Assembly (NCBI GenBank): GCA_002633005.1
Contig: NMRA01000060.1
Coordinates: 1-32,821 of the forward strand
DNA length: 32,821 bases
Origin: Phoronis australis
Lineage: Eukaryota; Animalia; Phoronida
Reading direction: 5' to 3'
In this document: positions 1-11,107 of the stretch, piece after piece
Layout of the letters: each line of letters starts with the position of its first letter
Numbering within the stretch: the stretch's first letter is position 1
Translations under genes and position numbers: made by a program
The notes under the pieces: generated by a model
Told to the model about the DNA's origin: nothing
Seen by the model: only the letters and a program-made list of their open reading frames with translations
Database searches by the model: none

Positions 1-1027
1 GAGGTTTTTTTTCTTCTATAACTCGGACCATAGGCCTTTAAACTGTTTACGGAAAAATTTCCCGCTCCATCTTTTGACAAACAATTCCAATTATAATTAC
101 AGCATGTATGATTCAATCAAGCCGTCGGTCAATGTACAGTCAAAGAAAATTCCAAAAACAAGGACTGTGAACCACAAGCTCGTGTCTGCGACTGATCGTA
201 ACTTTTATGCGATACGGTCGACGTCATATCCGCAATAGATTGTTCATTCGCGGAGATGAAATACTCGTCAACTCAGCACTGGAGATGGTTAGAGCAGCCT
301 CTTCCCCACCTTCAATATTGTGCTAATCAGTTTATTTATTTTGAGTCTTGATGAGGATACTCAACAGGATTCTGAAATTTGATGTGCTATAATTTAAGTA
401 AAGGTCAATTCAACAATCCGTTTAACAGTTCTGAATAATGTTAGTGACAATTCAGCTTCCGAAGTCGCTGACTAAATGCCATCTCCAGACAAAAGTAAAT
501 TACATTAATTGATTTTTATGTTTACTATTCATCTTCAATTAGGGACAAACAGAAACAACACACACAGTATTTTTGGTCCACAAGAGCTTGTCTACCTTTT
601 TCTATCATCAAGTTATGGTTGGAGCAACATAATTTAGCTGGAGCTGCTAAAAAGATTTATGGAATATCACGCAACAGATACGATTCCATTTCAAAATCAA
701 TTTTAAATGAATAACTTGCATTAAGATGTGAGGTATTCTCCACAGCAAAGCTCCGATCTTGTAAAAAAACAGTCTTTAATTCGCTGCTCAAACATGACAA
801 GAAAAGATGCTTCGCAGCCAACTCCCTGATTGTGCCATACCAATCCAAAACCATATCTTAGCAGCAAATTCCTTACAGATGAAACTCAATTTTTCCTATG
901 AGCCTCATCCAACATGACAAGCATATTTTAACACACTGAAATGTACTCTGTCAAAAAAATTTGATAGGCGCCTGTTGCAATAACGTCTTCAGTGGCGTCT
1001 TCATGACGTCAGCCGGAGGTATCCATG

Positions 1028-1425
1028 CTGTGCGTGAACTTGGAATCCTGCTTAATCTCACGATTGCCTATGCGTGAACTTGGAATTGAATATTCATTTG
1101 GGCATTCTGGGGTATTTTTTTGTCCAGTGTAACGAATTTTTGTAATTGTTGTACTCACGACCACCCATGATCTTCTTTACCATAACCCTGGGTTAAAGAA
1201 TCAGAGGAATATGTAACGGTTAAATCACATATTATTTGCTCAATAAGGTCGCCAATAGTTAAAAAATATTGGTTAAAATTAATTTTATTTGATGAGCATG
1301 TAATTTGAGTTAGTGCAATGCGTTAACGAGGATATTTGAATGAACTTGCAAAGTTTCTTCATGCATTTCAAGTACACTCATGCGGCGCGATTTTCAGATA
1401 AAGAGGATTCCAAGTTCTCGCACAG
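1028..1425. mobile_element. MITE with 22-bp TIRs (possibly TA-targeting)
   Basis: CTGTGCGTGAACTTGGAATCCT (1028-1049) and AGGATTCCAAGTTCTCGCACAG (1404-1425) are inverted at 21/22. An internal direct copy TGCGTGAACTTGGAAT lies at 1071-1086. Flanks are TG / TA. Confidence 0.65.
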
Positions 1426-3390
1426 TAGTCATGTGTCTGCTAGGAATGCCCTCTGTAGAGACCTCAAACAACTGGTGTCCAGATAAATATATACAGTAGG
1501 TCACACGCAGACCGGGTGCTACAGATTACACAAACGCACACGCGCATTGAATTTAAATATGGCATGCTTCATTTGATATTTGCGTTGTCTTCAAATCAAC
1601 AAATGAATATCATTAATGTTCGCTTTCTGTTTACCGACCCAAATTTAACGAGGCCGAAATAATACAGTTAAATGTTTAAAAGTTAACGTTGAGACTGCAC
1701 CACTGTGTTAACAGCAGAATGAACAATTTTGCTTAACAGCGTTCTCTGACGGCATTAGCAACACTCAGAAATACTTACGAAATATGGAAACAAACAACCA
1801 GCAAACAGTATGCATCTTACTGGGCAATACGTTACCGCGACCTCCGCATGATGAACGCTCTACAGTTGGCTAGGTTTGCGTTTCCTGTCCTTTGGAACAG
1901 TTGACTCAAATATAAACGAAACAAAACTTCCTGGTCGAGGAGTCGGGTTAACTGAAACAATTTGTGCAGCCATTAGGCGAACTAGGTCAGGGTGTTGGCC
2001 AAATTGGAGATATTGAAACGACTCCCGCAACCATGACGACTTTCTCGACGAAAACAAGCATGAGTTTCTGTTTTGTCCTTACAAAGGCAGAGAGAATTAT
2101 GTTTTTTTAATTTTTGTATCACATATAATTTATCTGGATAAAAAATATGATGTTATCTCCACACGCAAGGCTGTCGTCACGTTTTGCAAGGTAATTACAA
2201 CCAACGTGCGTACCTTATGTTATGAGTGTCCGTGTCATTTTATATGCCTAAAATAAGGCACATAACTAAAAACAATGCGCAGTTTTAAAGTTGGTGTCAT
2301 AACTAAAGTGTTACATTTCCCGTTGTATCACAAGAACATATCTACCAAAATGAAATCACACAACTTGAAATGCTATCCGCGGATCTGAACAACAATATCG
2401 ATGATTGGGTTTCATTTTGGCTTATTCTTCCAGTTGCTTTTGGAAATCCGTGATATTTCATTTCCTCACGGCAGAATATAAGCACAAAACAAATGGATTC
2501 TTATTATATGTTTTTTTTTAAATAAATACAATATAATTTTATGTGAAACGAACTGTGACGGTTATCGCCTGATGTCAAGGGCATGGATAGTACGTTCATA
2601 CTGTGTATAGTTTCATGTCAGTAATCTTCAGATGTTACATGTAAGTGTGAACATTTGGAAGATCGTTTCGTATCGTGTATTGATTTAATGGTGTGAGATT
2701 TTGCAAGATTCAAATTCAGTGTGCATTGTAATGGTCACGTCGCGTAAAAAGTTCAATCAAATAACTATAATTTTCGCTTTGGCCTTAAAACGTGCTGATA
2801 ACGACGACCCACTGCGTCTGTATATTGTTTATGGTGATGTTGATAATGCTTATAGCAGTCTATTGTGAAAAAGAAAACTCAGCATTCTCTAAAAAATCTA
2901 TCTAATATAATTTTAGTTAATAATCATTTTATTTTCCGTTACTTTTCCCATATTTTACTGTTTGTCAGAGCGTAAAGAATCAAACTTAGCAACCGTGAAA
3001 CATTAATTAGCAGGCGTATAATCTTGTTCATGTTTCGAATGCTTTCTTATCTTGTAATTCGTCAATGCCTAATAAGATGTTGTTTATTTGTCTGTTACCA
3101 AATTGATTAGTAGCGTGATAAACTAAGTACCAAAACAATGAAAACAATTTCCATGTTTCATTATGTCTGTGTATTGGAAGTGGACAAAGACCCTTCTCAT
3201 ATAGTGAACTCACCGAGAATGAGGACGCTGACTAGATCACAGTTCAGTTATTTATCCTTCAAAAAGATCGGGGAGCTTTTTTCCACTCCATGTGTCTTAA
3301 TTACGCAAGATTGATGATGACACTGTTTATAAATGATACATGTAGTCGTGTTCTCTCCACCAAGATAATTGTACTGTATCTCCTGGTTCT

Positions 3391-3541
3391 GGGCGGCCGT
3401 GTCACTATGGCAACCGGGAGCAGCTATACTATGACTTCATGAAAATTAGCGGGTGGTCGTTGAATTGTAATCCGGCCAAAATCTCAGGGAGAAAAAGTGC
3501 ACTTACGGGTTTATTCGTAGATGTAAACAGTTATGACGTCA
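3391..3541. promoter_or_regulatory. Candidate promoter: GC box, RFX X-box, forkhead site and CRE
   Basis: GGGCGG 3391-3396; GTCACTATGGCAAC 3401-3414; TGTAAACA 3522-3529; TGACGTCA 3534-3541. Motif matches only. Confidence 0.35.
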
Positions 3542-6500
3542 CGCATGGGTGGAACAGAACACGCCAAATTTGCCATTGTGTTGTTTGCAGCCTCGTTTCC
3601 TAAATCAAGGTCGCAAATGTAACCTAGCTGCAGCTAGTCAGTGCTGATGTCGAGCTCTACCAATACAATGCACACTTAAAATCGCTGTGTTGTGTTGATA
3701 CATTTTGAAGAGCTGAACTCTAGGCAACTGGATCATTGGGGTCAATTTGACCTCCTCATGTTTCCACCCATATTTAAGGACTGCGTCTACAACAAAGCAG
3801 GCAAAATTAGAAATCGTGTGTATCAGTGCACGGTTTGATTTCTTAAAAGATTGATTTAATTCATTTTAAAAAGTTGACTAGTACTCGTCATCCGCTCTCA
3901 CTGACATTGATCTGAATGGACGAAGAATATAAATTTAGCCCCGGCTTGCGTCCAACGAATTTAGGTTAACTCCATCAACGGATCCATTAGATACATCTCG
4001 GGTATTATGATTTCTTACCCTCAAATTTCCTCTCGGAGAACCTTCACTGATATTTGCTCATGTGCAAACTTCAAATATAGTCGTGCCGGATGAAGGTTAA
4101 TTTACATATATAAAAATTTTGGGGTCCTCAATAACTTGAAATGCTCCTTATCGTCACAAATTTTAACCGTACTCTGCTTCAGTCGTTTCAATTTAAAAAC
4201 AACCTAGCCTCGTCCGTCCATCACATGTTTCAATGACTCCACCTACATGTACAAACTTTTAAGGGCATCTGTGTCTGTGATGGCAAGACCGGAACCTATT
4301 TTGGGCTAGCACAAGCTGTAACAGCCGAGGTAATAAAAGATGAGATAAGAATTTTTAAAGTCTGTCAAAATGTTAGTTAACACAGTATAAAACCTACTGG
4401 CTCAGCCAATCACCATAAACAACATTCAGCATGTGTCGCCTCACTTTAACTCTGTTCATGACGTCACTTAGAATAAAAATGAACATCTCGTCAGTTTTAA
4501 TCGCTAAGATAGTACAATGTGTGTTACTCTTAACGTCAAACTTAGAAAACAGTCTTAAATTTCCCTATCAAACTGATGTCGTTACCAAAATGTGGCCAAA
4601 TCTGCCAGTTTGGCATCAATTCTTTTCTTCGTATTGATGCCGCACATGTTTATAACTAACTATCCTGTTCTGTAGTTTTCTGTAGATACCTGCATATCCT
4701 TTCGTAATCAGTTTTGTAGGCGTTTGGTATGAAGCCAACACCAAACAGGGTGCGCCAACCGAAACCTGATATTTCCTTATTCATTCTTGAAAAAACAGTT
4801 CTTGCGTTTCTTTGAGACAGTGTTCCACAGGTCAGTAATGAGATTTGCGACTTACAGCTAGATGCAGTTTAAACTGGCCACTCAAATGTCACTGGCAGAA
4901 GGAATAGGTATTTCCTGTCATTTCTTAGTTGAGAAACCAGGAAACACAATCTATGTTTTACTTTAATTCGTTACATGGCTCTCAGTCGGCCAGCCGGACA
5001 CCCCGTCAACTCAAAAACGTATCAACAGATTTCGATGAAACCTTTTTAAAATAAATGAAATATTTATTAATTGTGTTGTGGTAAACACAACCCAGTTGAC
5101 TGCAACCTTTCCTTATTTATTATCTTTGACGATGTCTCATGAGGGACGAAGTATCGGACTAGTGTATTTTCTTCGTTGTGTGTTTTGAACATGAAGTCTG
5201 AGAATTCTGTGCCATCAAGTTCAATGCTTGACGCGAGATCAGCCTGTCGCCAATTAGGGCCCATATCTAGTAAGACCAATAAAAAATGGAACATCTTGTG
5301 CAACAAAACATGTCTCAGGGAAAGTGTTATGCAGAGATGGTCTGTTATTGCATATATGTACAGTATGTGGACTACAATTAACGCCTGCTTGTCATGCACT
5401 GTGCCGTTGTGGACAATCAGGAACTTATTTCCAATTATACACATCTGTAAAAATCTGGCTGACGATGGCCTGTATAATTATGTGGTAGGTAAAACGGAGC
5501 AGTATCCTTGTATGCAGAGTAAAAACTAATGCTGCTCTTATGTAAACTTCTTTTTCATTGTGCATGTTTATTCTGTCCGTAGACTACAGACTTCATTTCA
5601 CAAACGAGTCTGGCAGACGAATTGTAACTGAGCCGACATTTACAATGTGTAAAGGTGCATTATCGTGTTTGCATTTTGAGGTTGTTGGATACGATATATT
5701 CTTTGAGACTATTTACTGTGACTAAAGCTGCAAAACAATAAAGTCTGCTGTTTTATGTTTTTACTTTCACCTACGTAAAATACGCTTAAACTTATGTAGC
5801 TTTTACCGAGTACAATTGAGATCATCAACATAGCGTTTGGCTCTCAACGCGAGGGTTCATGATCGGGATAGGTAATGGCTGGTTTCAACAAATCACTAGT
5901 CTCGGCTATAATGTTACTTTAACTGGGGATTACCAGCGGTTTCATTTCTGTTCAATTGAATCAGAGATGCATTAAAATTCTACACTTAATTTGGTTATTA
6001 AAGGAAATCCTGGACAGAATATCATTTTCATCCGCGATAAAAACATGACCATAGTGCGTACTGAACAGTTTAACTTTTAATAACAGGCAAAAATTGACAG
6101 TTGGAGGAAACATCAGGAATTATTTCTTTTACTTCTTCAACTTTTTGCATGACTCATTCTTGTGTCGCCTGTAGTCGCCTGAATCACTGGAGTAGTTGTA
6201 TTAGCATTGAGTAAGTTTAATGAGTGCAGTTAACAGTCCAAGCAAAAACGGCAGAATGTTTAGGAACGTTTATCTCGTCGAATCTCAACTTTGATTTCGG
6301 AGATCGTCTGGAAGACAACGGAGTTCGTCATAAAATACATTAACAAGCGGATTTCGTTTTACACATGAAGCTCTGCTCTGTCAAAGCCAGACAATTCTGT
6401 TTTAGAGATATGTTACGCGGCAACAGAGATGCCTTAGGTTTTGAATTTTTTACTGTGAATTTGGTTACTCAAAAGAGTTTACGTGCTGAGAATAGTTGTG

Positions 6501-9500
6501 TAGAAAACTTTTGGCATAAATTACGAGCTGTTTTCACTGGTCAAAGAATTTTAACTTTCTAATTTACTTTTGGTAGAATGAATGTCCAAAACTCGCGCCG
6601 TTTGCATAGTATAGGGAATCAACTACCGTAGTTATCGATAAACAGTGTCGGCGATTTGTTTGTAACTAGGTCCGCAAATAAAACAGGTCTCCAACAGGTA
6701 ACTACTTTATTTCGTATGAGTTACTTTTATTTGGGTCGGATACTGTTAAAGATTCAACAAACCAAGGTATTTTGTCAAAAAAAACAAAACTGGATTGTCC
6801 CTATTTTGTTCCTAGTATCTAGGCTAGAAATGATTTGTAGGGCCTACCAGAACTCTGGCGGTTTATCATTGCTTCACATTAACGGGTAATTTCAGCCGCC
6901 GGGTTAATATGACACTCAAGGGAATTCCTGTCTATTTATTGTAACAAATTTCGTCTAGTCGGACAAAGACTACCAACGAGATAACAATGTTTTGTATGTA
7001 CAACGGCATTAAAGCGGCTATGAACTCTAATTCCGTCAAAAAGTGTTGCTTTAAATCACTCTCTTTTGAAGTTAGCCATGCCTTGAGTCAAAATAGAATT
7101 GATTTCTGGTCTTCAAGTACATGGTGCAGACAGTTTGTTATTGTTTAAAGCCAGGTTTTAGAAGTAGATTTGTCACGGATAGTCAATTGATCCGCCTGAC
7201 ATGGTGTCGAGCGTTTAACGATCTGCCAGGTCTTTTCCTGAGTTAGACCTCAGAGGTTAGATCAATTAAGACAAGTTTTATAGTGGAAAGTAATGTAGTT
7301 CAAAACTGCATTTCGTTTTGCAGACGTTTATTTGTACATGTACATGTATCAGTTTTCACTGTATAGGCCTACGGTTTACGTTTTTCATTTTACCTCCTGG
7401 TTGGGGTTATGCTTTAAGATCCATGAACTTAAGTACATGTACATGTATGTTGAGCTCATCCACAGATACCGAAAAAGAAAGATAATCGAGTAGTATTTTG
7501 TGTATATTTGTGGATTCCAGGAATTTAAGATGAGACATTTCTGTATATGTCACGCAGAAGACGAAAGGAAAACAGAATATTACGATTCACCTTACAGCGA
7601 ATTGAAAATTGTAACATTCATCCTACTTTAATCTATACTGCATTCCTATTGTAGTATCACACAACTTAAAGCAGCATTAAATCCGTGCTCTCTACCAAAA
7701 ATAAGCTTTGATTAATACCACTTACTGTTATGAAATAGTTGGTCTCTCTTTGTTATTCAATACAAGCTCATAAAGTTCAAGGCCATGGCGTGACTTGAAT
7801 TTTCGTAGGCTTGGTTAGGTAAAATAACGACTCTTTCAGCTCATCCTGAGCCCCAATATGAATTCTTGACTGAGTAAGGAAGAAAACAAACCAATGTTAT
7901 TACCATAAGTTGCTTAAATTGATACGTTTGAGAAAAAGCACCGGTTAAATGGTGTTTTCATTTTTCTAAAATATACTTCGTTTTATACAGTATAAGAACC
8001 CATGGATTTTAATCTCAACAAACCAATGTCTTTCTAGCTGTTTGATAAGTTTGTTAACCGTCTAGCAGGGCAGATATCGTCTCATTCCAACGGTTTGTTC
8101 GAAATAATGTTCTATTGTCCTTTAATTTGCGTGTTTGAACTGTATATTTTTCGTGTCAGTACGTAGGAAACTGGGTCTCAGATGTCTGATTTCCCTGAAG
8201 CATCACACAATTCATCAAAGTCCATCTCTGATTAATATCTCAAGTCTTCGTTATTGACGACCAATATCTCCGTTTTTCGAAGGAAAATAAAAAAAAAACT
8301 AAGTCAACAATGGACAGTTGCAAGGAACAGTCCAAACTAGGGATCTAAATACTTAATGCTCCGTAAATTTTCACCTCATTTGTGGAGTTGCGCAAGAACT
8401 GGTCGAACTTTCTAATAACTTGTTGAATTCATTGCTGAGTCAATTTTAAGCGTTGGTACATAGATAGTAACCTTGAAATCCCAGTATTAATGAAAATAAA
8501 ATAGGGAGGTGTGCAACGTCTCTAATTTGAAGAGTAAGTCTCCAGCTATTCCCATTGATATATAGTGTTGTAAAATAGCATAAGTAATAGAGTAGCCAAT
8601 AATAAAGACAAAAATAGAAGAACATAATGTATGTGGGTAAACACAAAATGGTCTAGACGCCACTCAATTACGAATCCCAAAGTAGTGCAAAGTAGAAATC
8701 CATACGCCTTACATTTTACCGTCTGTAATACACTAATTTAAAACAACCAAACGCGCACCAACTAAACAATGCCGGAATTCCGAGAAGGTGACAAGGTTAT
8801 GATTGACAAAACGTTTCTCGCAACTGTCGGAAGGATACGCTAAAAACTTTTTAAACGGACCCATCTTCGGCAGCGAATTCCACATCCACGTTCTTTCGAA
8901 CAGTGAACTCAAGAAACACGGTGAGACTGTCTAGCTGTGCTGTTTCAAGGTCAATTCGGTGCTCACGCGCTGTTATTTATCAACATGTTTTAAAGCTTTT
9001 AGTGATACAACTTCAAAGACTATTTATTATATTCTAACTTGAATATTTGCTACGAAAGCTGAATGCAATTTACAATTCCTATGTTTAAAATAAAAATTTA
9101 AACAAAATGCGACTGAATTACTTTACATTGCGCAAGCGTGTTTTTACAAATGTTGGTTATGTGGTTAAAACTTTTATACACGTCAAGTTTTTCGGCAAAA
9201 ATGTCGTTTTTACGACTGATGTGAGAAAACAAAGCCTTCATTCGTCTAAGGTTTATGGCGTGATTTAGTTATTGCAGAATTAGGAGACAGTGGGTACTAA
9301 TCTCGTGGGGCCAGTGAGTCTTCATCGCTACTTAGCTATACCAGGAAGTACTTCAGAGCGGATGGCACAGGAAAACATGCTTGACCTCTGGCTACGTTCC
9401 TTGGTAACGCCCTCGTGATGACAATCGGCCCTCGATGCCACGAAAATCGCAAGGTAGCAATTTCCACATTTGGTGAATGCATGCAGAAAATCCTCATGGA

Positions 9501-10876
9501 AACTCGTGTTGACACTCACGTAAATCATGGCATGTCCAAGCGGGATTTCAACATTCAAAATTTGACACAAGGAAACTTGTACCAAGTCAAAGTGCCTGCT
9601 AGCACCTGGAATGGTTATGGGCTTCCGGTGTCGCGTGATTCCTGGACCAGTCTACCAAGTACTTTCATGGCTCACAAGACGATGTTGCCGGCATTGATGA
9701 AGAACTTTTAAACCAAATGGCTGCATTGCATGTATTTAGTTGGGTTAGAAATAACGAATTTGTTTTATTAGTGAATACAGATCTACAGTGATTGAAAATG
9801 CAATTCGTGAACATTATAATACAGAAAAGGTAATTTCTCATAAGAACTTTAACTATAGAAATTTAGAAAAAGGTGGCTTCCTGTAGAAAGATATTTTGTT
9901 TGATAATGCAGTACTTATTTATTTGGCTATATGCGATTCCTGTTTGGATGGCGTGTAAATGTTCTGTTATAAATGAACTTGCAATAGTTGAAGCATATTA
10001 TATGTAACACATGCGTATCTCTGTAACGCCATGGCTGTGAACACAATAAACGTACAGTATTAAACAAGGTTTGTACATGCATCATGGTGCTTGGCAGATA
10101 ATCCACTTTTGACCTGATAATGTCCTTGATAACAATAAAAATTGGCAGGAATTAACGTCATTCTGTTTCGCTTATAAAAATGAAGAAAACCATTTGGTAA
10201 TCACAAGGCAACATCTACCCTAACATGCATTTAGGGTTTGTTACGCCAACGCTTAAGTGAGCCTAAGCCAGATTGTAGCTAACCCGTCCTCATCGATTCA
10301 CATAATAACGCGCGTGGTTTAGCCGCGCAAGAAATCCTGTTCGCCACTGTTTCGGTGCCCTATAACGCATCGATTTCAGAAATTCGAGGACTGGCAAGAT
10401 TTACTTTTCGATTTTAAAAACGTTCATGTTGGTCGTTCGCCTTACCCACTGTTCGTCTTTTTTATTTTCACTTTGAAAGTAGCACACTAAACATGCTCGT
10501 TGTTTACAACCGTAATTATCTCCACCACTACACGTTCGGTCAAGCCCATGAATAGTGACCAGTTCACTTCAATCTGTAAAGGCTCCATGAAGCCTTTGAT
10601 GTGCAGAGGAATTCGCTGTATACTCTAGGGTGAACAGTGGACTCTTGTTCGCCCGACCCTGTAAGATTCTCAATCTGATTGTGCAAAAAGTTTCTAGCAT
10701 TTAAAACTGTCTGTTTACAACTAGATAAACGCCATCTGTTGGCAGTTTCAGCCTATGCTGGATGTTCCTCATTATTTACAGTACAATCACTGAATTATTG
10801 GATTTTGTCCGGGCTGCCTCCGGCCTGGCTAGGCGTGTTCGTATATGAAGATAGACTGGGGTCAGGCCTCAATGGA

Positions 10877-11107
10877 TCGTGACAACTGGAGTGAGCGTAA
10901 GCGTGACTGTGCCTGGAACTTGCCGTGAGTTAGGTGTGGACGAAGCGCGAGCGCAGCGTGAGCCATGCGTGAGTTTCCTTGCCTTCATTACTGTATCCTC
11001 ACTCGTTTAACGTGACTAGAACAAAGTACTGTGTCGTATTTCAGTTGACATTTCTCAGCTCTAGAATCATTCAGTAAACAACTCTAAGAACTTTCACAAG
11101 TGTAAGA
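10877..11107 (+). promoter_or_regulatory. Candidate cis-regulatory module or core promoter: CGTGA cluster, Inr-like site, splice donor
   Basis: Six CGTGA(C/G) in 140 bp on one strand, TCAGTT at 11041-11046, GTAAGA at 11102-11107. Motif matches only. Confidence 0.3.

Noticed and set aside
23-40. GGACCATAGGCCT|TTAA and other isolated TTAAAG/CTTTAA ends (e.g. ~2788, ~5998, ~7667) as Kolobok-like termini
   Set aside because: No matching partner TIR within the window.
341-377. TTGATGAG...GAAA resembling a Penelope-type hammerhead ribozyme
   Set aside because: The core is TTGATGA rather than CTGATGA, stem II is weak, and stems I and III cannot be built.
583-860. + frame WLEQHNLAGAAKKIYGISRNRYDSI, loosely like a Sola transposase segment
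   Set aside because: One short motif, interrupted by stops, with no termini found.
1813-1826. CATCTTACTGGGCA matches the 5' 14 nt of the miR-200b/miR-8-family 5p arm
   Set aside because: No complementary TAATACTG 3p arm and no pre-miRNA hairpin nearby.
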